A DNA stretch of 54,142 nucleotides from Candidatus Woesearchaeota archaeon (GCA_964355745.1 CAYHEN010000003.1:1-54142); one strand, 5' to 3'. Shown: positions 43,811 through 53,293, counted from the first letter of the stretch. Notes: generated from the letters alone by a model not told the origin. Made by a program: numbers and translations.

Positions 43811-44980
43811 TTAAAATTTCAAGATTTTTTTAGATTCTTCAAGCAGCCTATTATTGAAACTTTCTATTTTTTCTCCTTCCTGCTTGTCGATTGAAAGAGA
43901 ATTTATCAGCTGAGGAATTAGGGCATTAAAATTAAATTGATTAGGATTTTCTTCTGAATAAATTTTAATTGTCTCTTCCTCTATGTTATCTATATTCTTT
44001 ATTTCAACATTGCCCATTTTTACTTCTTTTGTCTTCAAATCATGGGTGTTTTTCAAAAGAAAATAAGCCTTTTTCCTATTAGCAGTTTCTTCTATTTGGG
44101 AGAATTTTATATCTGAATTATTTCCTGATTCTAGCTCTCCCCTTACCCTCAGAAGAATTATTTTATCTTCGATATCTCTTTTTTCTATTTCAGAAATTAT
44201 CTGCTCTGTTGCATTCACAATATTTTTCACTTCAACATTCACCAAAACAACATCTTTTATTTTCAATTCTATTTTTTGCATTGGATTTTCCTTGTCTGTA
44301 TCCACAATATAAAAACCCCCGTGCTGCAAGTCTTCCAATTCCTGAAAATTATTTGGAAATATTGGTCCAGGATAAACAAAATTCTGGTATTGGAAATCTA
44401 TGTGTAAATGTCCGAGAGCATAATAATCTGCTTTTGGAAGGCATTCAATCTCCAAAGCTTCTATCGGAAGAGTTCCTTTTGCTTTGTCTATTGTTGTGTG
44501 AAGCATAAAAATCTTGAATAGACCAGGACAGTCGTTGAATTTTATTTTTCTTAATTCTGGGATTTCCAATCCTGATTTTTTTCCAGGATAGCCATAGATA
44601 GCAACATTTCCATAAATCACTGGGTTGAGAATAATTCTTTCTTTGTTCTCCTCAAAATTTGCAACATTCTTGCAAAAGCCCGCTTTTTCCAGTACATCAA
44701 GGAAAGTTTTTCCTGAAATTGAATAATCGTGACTTCCTGCAATTATAAAACAGGGAAGTTTTGCTTCTTTTATTCTCTTGAATTCAAAAAAAGTTTCTTT
44801 TAAGATTTCTATAGAAGGATAAGCAGAATCAAACAAATCTCCTGAAATTAGAATAAAATCCAGTTTTTTCTCTATACAGACACTAATCGCCATTCTGAAA
44901 GACTGAAGATTCAAATCCTGTAATGGCTGTTGTTTCCATCCCCCTAAATGCACATCTGAGATGTGCGCAAATCTCACCAT
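43811..44980 (-). CDS. mre11: Mre11 nuclease
   Basis: The start is the ATG at 44978-44980 ('MVRFAHISDVHLG'). Contains 'ISGDLFD', 'AGSHD' and 'GHLH'. Confidence 0.85.
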   Translation of the reverse strand: MVRFAHISDVHLGGWKQQPLQDLNLQSFRMAISVCIEKKLDFILISGDLFDSAYPSIEILKETFFEFKRIKEAKLPCFIIAGSHDYSISGKTFLDVLEKAGFCKNVANFEENKERIILNPVIYGNVAIYGYPGKKSGLEIPELRKIKFNDCPGLFKIFMLHTTIDKAKGTLPIEALEIECLPKADYYALGHLHIDFQYQNFVYPGPIFPNNFQELEDLQHGGFYIVDTDKENPMQKIELKIKDVVLVNVEVKNIVNATEQIISEIEKRDIEDKIILLRVRGELESGNNSDIKFSQIEETANRKKAYFLLKNTHDLKTKEVKMGNVEIKNIDNIEEETIKIYSEENPNQFNFNALIPQLINSLSIDKQEGEKIESFNNRLLEESKKILKF

Positions 44981-45073
44981 TTTACGCTCTTGAGGTATAT
45001 ATTTATCCTTGAAAAAGTTTATAATCTTGGAATAATAGTGGGATATATAAAATTGATGGTGTTGCATAACAAG

Positions 45074-46567
45074 ATGAAACTAACAATACTTTTTGGCGGT
45101 AAAGCAGGGCAGGGAGCAAATATTTTATCTGCTATTTTAGGGCATGCTCTGACAAAAAAAGGATATTATGTTTTTGTTTCGAGAGACTATCAATCTTTGA
45201 TAAGAGGGGGGCACAATTTCAATGTTCTCACGTTTTCTGACTCTCCTGTAAGCAGCAATGATTCTGCCTTGGATCTCATAGTTGCCTTGGATGAAAATAC
45301 AATAAATCTTCACAAAAAGGAACTGAAAAAAGACGGAAATATAATCTCTGGAGAAGGAAAGGGAAATATGTATTTTGCTGGAAGGCTTTTCAAAATTCTT
45401 TGCGTTGATTTTAAGGTTCTTGAAGAAGAGTTGAAAGAACTGAAAGAAAGATTTGAGCAGAATATCAAGGAAGCTAAGGAAGGTTATGAAGATGAGAAAA
45501 AAGTTGCGTGTAGGATTATTTTCAATAAAAAAGATTTGTATTTCATGAACGGCAATCAGGCTGTAGCAGAAGGTGCGATTAAATCTGGGTTGGATGTTTA
45601 TTATGCGTATCCAATGACTCCTGCAACAAACATTCTCTCTGAACTGGCAGAGAAGCAAATAGAAAATAATATTCTTGTTCTTGAATTTGAAAGTGAAATA
45701 GGTGTTATTAATTCTGCAATTGGAAGTGCAATAACAGGAGCGAAAGCAATGATAGGAACTAGTGGAGGAGGATTTGATTTAATGACAGAAGCACTTTCTC
45801 TTACTGGCATGGCAGAAGTTCCTCTTGTGATTTATCTGGCTTCTAGACCTGGGCCTTCTACAGGAGTTGCGACTTACACTGGACAAGGAGATTTGTCTCT
45901 CGCATTGCATTCAGGACATGGAGAATTTAATAGAGTTGTTCTCGCACCTGGAAGCCCTAAAGAAGCAGAAGAATTAACAAGCCAGGCATTTTATCTAACT
46001 CAAAAGTTCAAAGTTCCTGCAATTGTTCTTTCAGACAAGCATCTTGCAGAGTCTTTTTACACTTTAGATGAGAAGCCGGTAATAACTTCCTCAAAAAAAT
46101 CAACTTTTCTCAGAAGATACAATAGCTATGAAATGGATGAATTTGGAAGTGCGACAGAAAGTCCAGAGAAAATAGTAAAAAATGTTACTAAGAGATTAAA
46201 AACAGGAATCGAGACAGAAAAAGAAGCAGAAAAATTTGAACAATATCTTGTTTATGGAAAAGAAAGTTCCAATAATGTAGTTGTTTCTTTCGGAAGCACA
46301 AAAGGAGCAATAATCGACGCTATAAGAGACTTAAACACGAGTTTTGTCCAGATTTTGTATTTGGAGCCATTCCAACAAGAAATTAAAAAACATTTCAAAA
46401 ACAAAAACGTAATTTTAGTTGAGAATAATGCAACAGGACAATTAGGAAAATTAATCGCAGAAAAAACAGGAATTTTCATATCAGAAGGGAATAAAATTTT
46501 AAGGTTTGACGGCAGGCCCTTTCTTGCTGATGAATTAAAAAAAGAAATTCATAAGAGGTTAAAATGA
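45074..46567 (+). CDS. 2-oxoacid:ferredoxin oxidoreductase, fused gamma-alpha subunit
   Basis: The start is the ATG at 45074 ('MKLTILFGGKAGQGAN', gamma-like), followed by the alpha domain 'NGNQAVAEGAIKSGLDVYYAYPMTPAT'. Confidence 0.85.
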   Translation: MKLTILFGGKAGQGANILSAILGHALTKKGYYVFVSRDYQSLIRGGHNFNVLTFSDSPVSSNDSALDLIVALDENTINLHKKELKKDGNIISGEGKGNMYFAGRLFKILCVDFKVLEEELKELKERFEQNIKEAKEGYEDEKKVACRIIFNKKDLYFMNGNQAVAEGAIKSGLDVYYAYPMTPATNILSELAEKQIENNILVLEFESEIGVINSAIGSAITGAKAMIGTSGGGFDLMTEALSLTGMAEVPLVIYLASRPGPSTGVATYTGQGDLSLALHSGHGEFNRVVLAPGSPKEAEELTSQAFYLTQKFKVPAIVLSDKHLAESFYTLDEKPVITSSKKSTFLRRYNSYEMDEFGSATESPEKIVKNVTKRLKTGIETEKEAEKFEQYLVYGKESSNNVVVSFGSTKGAIIDAIRDLNTSFVQILYLEPFQQEIKKHFKNKNVILVENNATGQLGKLIAEKTGIFISEGNKILRFDGRPFLADELKKEIHKRLK

Positions 46568-47022
46568 GCAAACAGGATTGCATCTTCTGTAGAATAGTTG
46601 AAGGAGAAATTCCAAGCATTAAAGTTTGGGAAGATGAAAAACATTTGGCAATATTAGATGTTAATCCAAATACAGAAGGGATGACATTAGTATTAACAAA
46701 AAAACATTATGACAGCAACGCTACTGACATGCCTGAAAAAGAATATTCTGATTTAATGTTGGCTGTAAAAAGGGTTGCTAGATTGCTAGAAAAAACTCTT
46801 GGTGTAAAGAGAGTCGCTTTTGTTATGGAAGGAATGGGAGTAAATCATGTGCACATCAAATTATACCCTCTTCATGGAATTGGCGAAAAGTTCAAAGAAA
46901 CTTGGGCAAAAGATAAGACTTACTTTGACAGATATGAAGGATATATTTCAACCCAGCTCGGTCCTCAGAAAAGCAGAGAAGAGTTAGAAAAAGTTGCGGA
47001 AAAAATCAGGGGTGCAAGATGA
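46564..47022 (+). CDS. HIT-family nucleotide hydrolase/transferase
   Basis: 152 aa. Contains 'CIFCRIVEGEIPS' and a histidine-triad region 'NHVHIKLYP' (variant of HxHxHxx). Confidence 0.75.
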   Translation: MSKQDCIFCRIVEGEIPSIKVWEDEKHLAILDVNPNTEGMTLVLTKKHYDSNATDMPEKEYSDLMLAVKRVARLLEKTLGVKRVAFVMEGMGVNHVHIKLYPLHGIGEKFKETWAKDKTYFDRYEGYISTQLGPQKSREELEKVAEKIRGAR

Positions 47023-47567
47023 CAAAAGTATATATAATTCATGGATGGGGCCTTGATTCAAACATGCCTTGGATAAAATGGCTTGAAGAAGAATTGAGAA
47101 AAAATAAAAAAGTACAGGTTTATGCTTTAGACATGCCGAATACAGAATCTCCAAAAATTGAAGAATGGGTAAATTATCTTAAAAGAAATGTTGGAATAAT
47201 TAATGAAGTAACTTATTTTGTCGGGCACAGCATAGGTTGTCAGACGATTATGCGATTCTTAGAAAAACTTCCAAAAAATGAACATATCAAAGGCTGTGTT
47301 TTTGTTGCTCCTTGGTTTGATTTGATTAATCTAAAAGATGGTGAGGTAGCAATTGCTCATCCTTGGATTCATAATAAAATCAATTTTGAAAGACTTGATC
47401 AACATACTGGGAATTTCTTAGCAATATTTTCCAATAATGACCCTTATGTTTCAGAAAAAGAGGTTGAGAAATTCAGACAATTTGGAGCAAAAATAATAAT
47501 TAAAAGAGACGAAGGACATTTTGATAACACAAAAAGAATTCAAGAAATTTTGGAGTTTATAAAATGA
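47019..47567 (+). CDS. Alpha/beta serine hydrolase (YdeN/RBBP9-like)
   Basis: 182 aa. Contains 'VYIIHGWG', the nucleophile elbow 'GHSIGC', 'SNNDPYV' and 'EGHF'. Confidence 0.65.
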   Translation: MTKVYIIHGWGLDSNMPWIKWLEEELRKNKKVQVYALDMPNTESPKIEEWVNYLKRNVGIINEVTYFVGHSIGCQTIMRFLEKLPKNEHIKGCVFVAPWFDLINLKDGEVAIAHPWIHNKINFERLDQHTGNFLAIFSNNDPYVSEKEVEKFRQFGAKIIIKRDEGHFDNTKRIQEILEFIK

Positions 47568-48421
47568 CACAGAACACAAATACAAATTTAAACACACCAA
47601 CTATTCCTAACTGGTGTCCTGGATGTTTTAACTTTCAGATACTTGCTGGAGTAAAGGATGTAATTCTTGAGCAAATAAAAAAGGGGAAGAAAAAACTTGG
47701 AGATTTTGCAATTGTATCTGGAATTGGATGCCATGCAAAAATTTTTGATTATGTTAATCTGAATGGGATTAATACCCTGCATGGAAGAGTGCTCCCAACT
47801 TGTTTAGGGATGAAAATAGGAAATCCTAATTTGGATGTTATAGGGTTTTCAGGAGATGGAGATGCCTATGCAGAAGGAATGGAGCATTTGATTCACGCTG
47901 CGAGGTACAATTCTGATTTCAAGTATTTTGTTCACAACAATCAGGTATTTGCCCTTACTGTCGGACAGCCAACACCCACTACAGAAATGGGCTTCAGAGA
48001 CAAGACAACTCCTCTTGGTGTAAAATTACATCCACTTAATCCTATAAAAATAATGTTGGCTGCAGGAGCCAGTTTTATTGCAAGAGTTTATGCGGAGAAA
48101 GAACAGATAGAATATGTTTTCAAAGAAGCATTAAAGCATAAAGGATTCGCATTCATAGAAGTAATCCAACCATGCCTGATTTTTCATGCTGATACAGAAT
48201 ACAAAAACAAGTTTTATTCGTTGGAAAAAAACAGACATGACAAGACTAATTTTGAACAAGCATGGAAAAAGGCACAAGAATTTGATTATGATATTCCACA
48301 CACTGAAAAAATTCCTATTGGAATTTTTTATCAGGAAGAAAAGCCAATTTTCGAGGAGCAATTTCCTCAATTAGTTGATTTGAAGAAAAAGAAAATTGGC
48401 TGGAAAGACATTAAGAGATAA
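47564..48421 (+). CDS. 2-oxoacid:ferredoxin oxidoreductase beta (TPP-binding) subunit
   Basis: 285 aa. Contains 'WCPGCFNFQIL', 'GIGCH' and 'GDGDAYAEG'. Confidence 0.85.
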   Translation: MTQNTNTNLNTPTIPNWCPGCFNFQILAGVKDVILEQIKKGKKKLGDFAIVSGIGCHAKIFDYVNLNGINTLHGRVLPTCLGMKIGNPNLDVIGFSGDGDAYAEGMEHLIHAARYNSDFKYFVHNNQVFALTVGQPTPTTEMGFRDKTTPLGVKLHPLNPIKIMLAAGASFIARVYAEKEQIEYVFKEALKHKGFAFIEVIQPCLIFHADTEYKNKFYSLEKNRHDKTNFEQAWKKAQEFDYDIPHTEKIPIGIFYQEEKPIFEEQFPQLVDLKKKKIGWKDIKR

Positions 48422-48443
48422 GAATCAAAGTTCCTAATACTCC

Positions 48444-49070
48444 CTATTCAATTATAACTAATTCCCAAATGCACAATCTTTCGAAAAACAATTTCTCACA
48501 ACCAATTTCTTTGGCATCATAGCCAAGATTTTTGAAATCAATATCTTCTGAAAGAGAAGAAGTTATCAAAAATATTTTTCCGTCTTCTTCCAAGTGTTCT
48601 TTTGCGCTTTTCAAAAATCTTATAACAATTTCATTTCCTTTTTTTCCTGCAGTTGTATCTTTTCTTGAGCTTTTGGGTTCGCGAGCATCTTCTGGAAGAT
48701 AAGGAGGATTGAAAATTATCAAATCAAAAGACACCTGCGGTTTCTTTTGTAAGCTTCCCTTTTGATTCTGCTGGGCGATTTCTTCAATTGCCTCTGATTG
48801 AAATCGCATATCTTTAAATGCTTCAAACAAATCAGAATGGATACAGTTAAACCCCAAAACATTGCAGTGCGAGACTGATTTTTTATCTATGTCTGAAGAA
48901 AAAATATTTTCATTTTTTATTCCTGAATTCAAAGCTGTTTGCAGATGAATCCCGCTTCCTGCTCCTATCTCTAAAAATTTCAAATCAGGATTTTTTTCAA
49001 TCAAATTTGGAACTTGTTCTCTTAAAATTCTTGACATTAAATAAGAATCCTCTGAAGCAGTGTAAACCAT
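48444..49070 (-). CDS. HemK-related (archaeal Mtq2/PrmC-like) SAM-dependent methyltransferase
   Basis: The start is the ATG at 49070 ('MVYTASEDSYLM'). Contains 'EIGAGSG' and 'IFNPPYLP'. Confidence 0.75.
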   Translation of the reverse strand: MVYTASEDSYLMSRILREQVPNLIEKNPDLKFLEIGAGSGIHLQTALNSGIKNENIFSSDIDKKSVSHCNVLGFNCIHSDLFEAFKDMRFQSEAIEEIAQQNQKGSLQKKPQVSFDLIIFNPPYLPEDAREPKSSRKDTTAGKKGNEIVIRFLKSAKEHLEEDGKIFLITSSLSEDIDFKNLGYDAKEIGCEKLFFERLCIWELVIIE

Positions 49071-49077
49071 TTTATTA

Positions 49078-49641
49078 TTAACTAAAAAACATGCCGAAAA
49101 AATCAATTAATTGCTCTCTGAACACAAAAATAACTCCCAACAAACCTATAAGCAAAATTAACAGGAAAACCAATACAAAGATTATTCCTCTTTCTTTTGT
49201 ATCTCTTTTTTCTTTTGAACCAGGCTGTTCATAACTGGAAACTTTCTGAATTGGGAGAGGTTTGCTTATTGGAATTTGCATTGGTTGTTCTTGAAATTGT
49301 TGGTTTAATCTTTGCAATTCTAATCTCTGCGCTACCAATGGTTGAGGTTGCTGGGGAATGGACCTAGCATATGGATGCAATCCTGGAAAAGACTTCACTG
49401 TTATTGGTGTTGTAAGCACTTGCGGAGCTTGTTTTATTTCAGCACTTTTAGGAACACTTTTTACTGGTGGCTGCAACTGACTTTCACTACTAAACTCCAT
49501 CAAACTTCTCGCAGCTTCTTCAATTTCTTCTTTTTTATACCCAGAATTATAAAGAGCCATCATTGCCCTTTGCAGAGATTGTCCTCTTTCTAAAGCAGAT
49601 TTTAATCCCCCAACAATTTCTTCATTAACCATATTATACAA
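49078..49641 (-). CDS. C-terminally TM-anchored protein with an N-terminal helical module and a Gln/Pro-rich linker
   Basis: 187 aa. Contains 'LKSALERGQSLQRAMMALYNSGYKKEEIEEAARSL' and a C-terminal TM. Confidence 0.5.
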   Translation of the reverse strand: MYNMVNEEIVGGLKSALERGQSLQRAMMALYNSGYKKEEIEEAARSLMEFSSESQLQPPVKSVPKSAEIKQAPQVLTTPITVKSFPGLHPYARSIPQQPQPLVAQRLELQRLNQQFQEQPMQIPISKPLPIQKVSSYEQPGSKEKRDTKERGIIFVLVFLLILLIGLLGVIFVFREQLIDFFGMFFS

Positions 49642-49666
49642 TCAAAGAATACTCTCTTTATAAAAT

Positions 49667-51043
49667 TTACAATCTCAATTTTTGTCCGTTTTGCATTAAA
49701 TGGCAATTTTTCCCTGATTTATACCCCATTTCTTTTGCAAGTTCAACCATAGGAGACAATTGCATCAATGAACCGTGAGCAGGAATTATGTGTTCTGGAT
49801 TTAGCATTGAAATCAAATCTCTCAAATCTTCTCTCCCTGCATGTCCTGAAACATGGATGTTGTCGAAGATTCTTACTCCTGCTTTATGAAGTCTCTTGTC
49901 CATCTCGTCTTTGTTCAAGGCATTTACAGGAGTCGGAATTGTCTTTGAAGAAAAAATAACATTGTCTCCTGAACGAAAATTGAATGGAAGCTTGCCTCTT
50001 GACAATCTATCCATTATGCTTCCTGGCTCTCCCTGATGTCCTGTGCAGACTACTAAAGAATTTTTTCTGTCTTTTTCAACCTTCTTTAAAACAGAATCAA
50101 CTTGTCTCTTGTAACTTATCAATTGAATATCTTTCTGAAATGGACACATTCCTACATCAATTGCAGAAGAAACATACTTTTTCAAGCTTCTTCCCATGAA
50201 ATAAATTTTTCTATTCAGTTTTTTTCCAAAATCAACAATGCTTTTCAATCTCGCAATGTGGGAAGAAAAGGTTGTCACAAAAATTGCAGAATGTTCGTTT
50301 TTGATTGTCAGCAGAACTTCTTCTACTAATGCCCTTGCAATTTTTTCGCTCGGGGTTTTTCTCTCAACTCCAGAATAAAGCGAATCAACAACAATTGCCT
50401 TAACTCCTTTTTTTGAAAGTTTTTTCAGTAAGTCGTAATTAGGGGGCAAGCCCAAAACAGGATTGTCGTCCAGCTTGAAGTCATTTGCATAAAGAAATAT
50501 TCCTTCTGGTGTGTGCAGTGCAATCATTGATGTTTGCAAAGTAGAATGTGTTATGTTTATGAAATCAGCCTGATAGTTTGCGCTTTTTCCCTTGACAAAA
50601 AAAGAAGAATTCGGATTGACAGTTTTAACCAGATTGGGAATTTTTATTCCTTCATCTTCCAGAATTTTTTTTAACACGCTTATTGTGAAAGGAGTTCCTA
50701 CTAAAGGGGCATTGTATCTGTAAGCAATATAAGGAGCAGCCCCAATATGGTCTAAGTGAGAATGTCCTAAGAAAACAGCCCTTACTTTGCTTCTCAATCC
50801 AAATTTGTCAAGAACCAAATCATCTGGAAATGCGCCTATTCCTCTCAGCCTCTTTTCAGAATAAATCTGCTTTTTGCCTTCTTCCTGCTCCTGTAATCCA
50901 ACAATTGCAGGGAGAAAAACACCCATATCGAATATAAATACATCTTCTCCTGTTTTTACAACAGTCATATTTTTTCCTACTTCGTCAAATCCTCCAATCG
51001 TGTAAATTTCCATCGTGTCAATGAGTTCGACGAGGTTTTGCAT
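49667..51043 (-). CDS. rnj: Archaeal RNase J (beta-CASP metallo-beta-lactamase)
   Basis: 458 aa. Contains 'IGGFDEVGKNMTVV...IFDMG' and 'GHSHLDHIGA'. No KH domains. Confidence 0.8.
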   Translation of the reverse strand: MQNLVELIDTMEIYTIGGFDEVGKNMTVVKTGEDVFIFDMGVFLPAIVGLQEQEEGKKQIYSEKRLRGIGAFPDDLVLDKFGLRSKVRAVFLGHSHLDHIGAAPYIAYRYNAPLVGTPFTISVLKKILEDEGIKIPNLVKTVNPNSSFFVKGKSANYQADFINITHSTLQTSMIALHTPEGIFLYANDFKLDDNPVLGLPPNYDLLKKLSKKGVKAIVVDSLYSGVERKTPSEKIARALVEEVLLTIKNEHSAIFVTTFSSHIARLKSIVDFGKKLNRKIYFMGRSLKKYVSSAIDVGMCPFQKDIQLISYKRQVDSVLKKVEKDRKNSLVVCTGHQGEPGSIMDRLSRGKLPFNFRSGDNVIFSSKTIPTPVNALNKDEMDKRLHKAGVRIFDNIHVSGHAGREDLRDLISMLNPEHIIPAHGSLMQLSPMVELAKEMGYKSGKNCHLMQNGQKLRL

Positions 51044-51195
51044 AAATGCAAAGGCATCTATTTTTGCCTCGCTTTGCTCGATTATTTAACTCCATATTAT
51101 TTTCTTTTTATAATATAATTAGAAAGAATAGTTTAAAAATGTTTTAAAGTTTCATAGGTGGATTTATCTTATTAAAAAAGATTGGAATAGATAAA

Positions 51196-51203
51196 TTTAT
51201 AAA
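51196..51203 (+). promoter_or_regulatory. TATA box, followed by 'ctatag tct ctatag' operator-like repeat (51204-51218)
   Basis: 'tttataaa', 25 nt before the ATG at 51229. Confidence 0.5.
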
Positions 51204-51228
51204 CTATAGTCTCTATAGAAAATATAGA

Positions 51229-51438
51229 ATGATAAGCACAATCCAAATAAGCAAAGAGACAAAGAAATTAATAAGTTCTTTTGGAGGAAAAGAAGATTCA
51301 TATGAAGATATTATTAAAAGAATTTATGCTCTTGCAGTAAAAGAACAATTAAGAGAATTTCTTATGTCTTCTGAAAATTGCATTTCCATAGAAGAAGCAA
51401 GAAAAGAATTAGATAAAAAATGGCCAAGATCGAAATAG
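51229..51438 (+). CDS. Antitoxin (same family as 13854-14090)
   Basis: 69 aa. 'STIQISKETKKLISSFGGKEDSYEDII' parallels 'TTIQINVETLEKLKTLKNFERQSYDDIL'. Confidence 0.55.
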   Translation: MISTIQISKETKKLISSFGGKEDSYEDIIKRIYALAVKEQLREFLMSSENCISIEEARKELDKKWPRSK

Positions 51439-51758
51439 TTCATTCTTTATTTAATGAAATCCAAAAAAAGTTTAAGGGAGAATCTCATAAAATTATTGAT
51501 TTAATAGAAACATTAGAAGAGAATCCTAAAAAAGGAAAATTATTGGGAAATGTTGGGGGAATTGCCATAAAAGAATTAAGATATAAAAGTTTTAGATTTT
51601 ACTTTATTACTGACAGCTTCAAATTAAAAATGCTTTCTAAAGAAGAACTTACTGATTTATTAATGAGGTTTGTCAGAATGTCTGACAAAAAATCCCAGCA
51701 AAAAACCATAGATGAAATCAGACAGGTTTTATTGAATTTGGGGGTATATTTATCTTAA
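51420..51758 (+). CDS. RelE/HigB (Gp49-like) family toxin
   Basis: 112 aa. Overlaps the antitoxin 3' end. Contains 'IKELRYKSFRFYFITD' and 'KKSQQKTIDEI'. Confidence 0.5.
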   Translation: MAKIEIVHSLFNEIQKKFKGESHKIIDLIETLEENPKKGKLLGNVGGIAIKELRYKSFRFYFITDSFKLKMLSKEELTDLLMRFVRMSDKKSQQKTIDEIRQVLLNLGVYLS

Positions 51759-51841
51759 TAATCATAAGAATTGTTGTTAAGAAAGTAAAGAATAGGACGG
51801 AAAGAAAAAGAGAAAAAATAATAAAACATAGAAAAGATGGG

Positions 51842-52138
51842 GTGGAAAGAGAAATAAAGAGGAATCATATAAATCATAAAAAAGCAGAGAAGAAGATTAA
51901 GAAGCAAATTAAGAAAGAAAATAGAGGAGAAAATAGAAAAAAAAGAAAAGTAATAAAAAGGCAGGAGAGAATTATAAATAAGAGAAAGAAAGCTGTTGAA
52001 AGAGAAATCAAGAAACATTCAAAAGCAGCAAGGAGAAATATAATAAAACCAAGAATAAATACAGATGAATACAAAAGAAATATAGAAGAAAAGATAAGGA
52101 GAGAGGGAATAAAAGAAATTAAAGAGTTTAAAAAATAA
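51842..52138 (+). CDS. Possible Lys/Arg/Glu-rich low-complexity protein (GTG start)
   Basis: 98 aa, encoded on a polypurine strand. Internal repeat 'VEREIK(R/K)(N/H)'. Coding status is uncertain. Confidence 0.3.
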   Translation: MEREIKRNHINHKKAEKKIKKQIKKENRGENRKKRKVIKRQERIINKRKKAVEREIKKHSKAARRNIIKPRINTDEYKRNIEEKIRREGIKEIKEFKK

Positions 52139-52146
52139 GAATAGAA

Positions 52147-52425
52147 ATGAAATCACTCAAGCCAACAATGAGAGAAAACAAGAGATATTTGTTAGTGGAA
52201 GGAACAGAATTAAGAAAAAATGTAGAGAGAGCAATTCTTGATTTTATCGGAGTTTTGGGTTATTCAAAAGTCGGATTAGACTGGATTAAGGACAATAAAG
52301 ATTCTGCTATTATTTCTGTGAACAGAGAAGCAGTAGATAATGTGAGAGCTTCTCTTTGCGTCTGGCCCAAAAAAATGGAAGTCAAAAAAGTGAGTGGGAC
52401 TTTGAAAAGCCTAAGAGTTTTGTAA
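52147..52425 (+). CDS. rnp2: RNase P protein component 2 (Pop5/Rnp2)
   Basis: 92 aa. Begins 'LKPTMRENKRYLLVE'. Sits in the conserved position upstream of psmA. Confidence 0.75.
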   Translation: MKSLKPTMRENKRYLLVEGTELRKNVERAILDFIGVLGYSKVGLDWIKDNKDSAIISVNREAVDNVRASLCVWPKKMEVKKVSGTLKSLRVL

Positions 52426-52567
52426 TCAAAATAAGATTTTGACTGGAAGGATTAAAGGGAGTAAAGGCGGCGATTTAGCCTACGAAAACTTTTTAAATGG
52501 TAAGAACATAGATTTTTTGAAGAGAAAAGGAAATTGGATTTAAATTATAAATTTCTCTAAGATTACA

Positions 52568-53293
52568 ATGGATATACCATTAGATATACAACATCAAGCA
52601 ATGGGTTATGACAGAACAGCTACTATGTTCTCGCCACAAGGACACTTGCTTCAGGTAGAATACGCTGAAAAAACAGTGAGACTTGGAAGTGCGAGTATAG
52701 GAATGACTTGTTCTGACGGAGTTTTTATAATCGCGGATTTGAGAGTTGAAGACAGGTTAATTCTTTCTAAGTCTGCAAACAAGATTTATGAAATCGATTC
52801 TCATATAATCTCAAGCGTTGCAGGAATTGTTTCTGACGCAAGAGTCTTAATTGAAAGAGCACAGGTTCTTGCTCAACAAAACAGGGTTACTTATGATTCC
52901 CCGATAGAGCCGGAATTGATAATAAAAGATTTGTCAAACTTAAAACAGCAATTCACTCAATACGGCGGAGCAAGACCATTCGGAGTTTCGCTAATGATAG
53001 CTGGAATAAACAACAAAAAGCCAGAACTTTACACAAGCGATGTTACTGGAAATTATTTAGCTTATCTTGCAAATGCAATAGGAGAAAACGACGACAAGAT
53101 AAAAGAAAAATTGAGAGAAAGATACAAATCTGATTTGACAATAAAAAAAGGAGTTAAATTGGCATTGGACATATTAAAAGAATTAGAAGAAAAGAAATTT
53201 AACATCAATAAATTTGAGTTGGTTTATATTAAAAGTGAAGGCAGCGAATTAAAAAGATTATACGGGGAGCAGTTATTTGAATTTACAAAATGA
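52568..53293 (+). CDS. psmA: Proteasome alpha subunit
   Basis: 241 aa. Contains 'YDRTATMFSPQGHLLQVEYA'. Confidence 0.95.
   Translation: MDIPLDIQHQAMGYDRTATMFSPQGHLLQVEYAEKTVRLGSASIGMTCSDGVFIIADLRVEDRLILSKSANKIYEIDSHIISSVAGIVSDARVLIERAQVLAQQNRVTYDSPIEPELIIKDLSNLKQQFTQYGGARPFGVSLMIAGINNKKPELYTSDVTGNYLAYLANAIGENDDKIKEKLRERYKSDLTIKKGVKLALDILKELEEKKFNINKFELVYIKSEGSELKRLYGEQLFEFTK

Noticed and set aside
44963-45073. Overlapping 5' extensions of the Mre11 ORF (to 45067) and the OFOR ORF (from 44963)
   Set aside because: The conserved N-termini begin at internal ATGs (44980 'MVRFAHISDVHLG' and 45074 'MKLTILFGGKAGQG'). The extensions overlap each other in a divergent promoter region.
51755-52074. 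Minus-strand ORFs (87 and 66 aa) opposite the polypurine tract
   Set aside because: These are Phe/Leu/Ser-rich translations of a polypyrimidine strand. They are compositional artefacts.
52466-52484. 'ggcggcgatttagcctacg' in the Pop5-psmA spacer resembles the SRP RNA 5' hairpin 'ggcggattagccctacg' (14189-14205)
   Set aside because: The match is short and needs indels, and the similarity does not extend further. I treat it as chance or a small stable hairpin until a search says otherwise.
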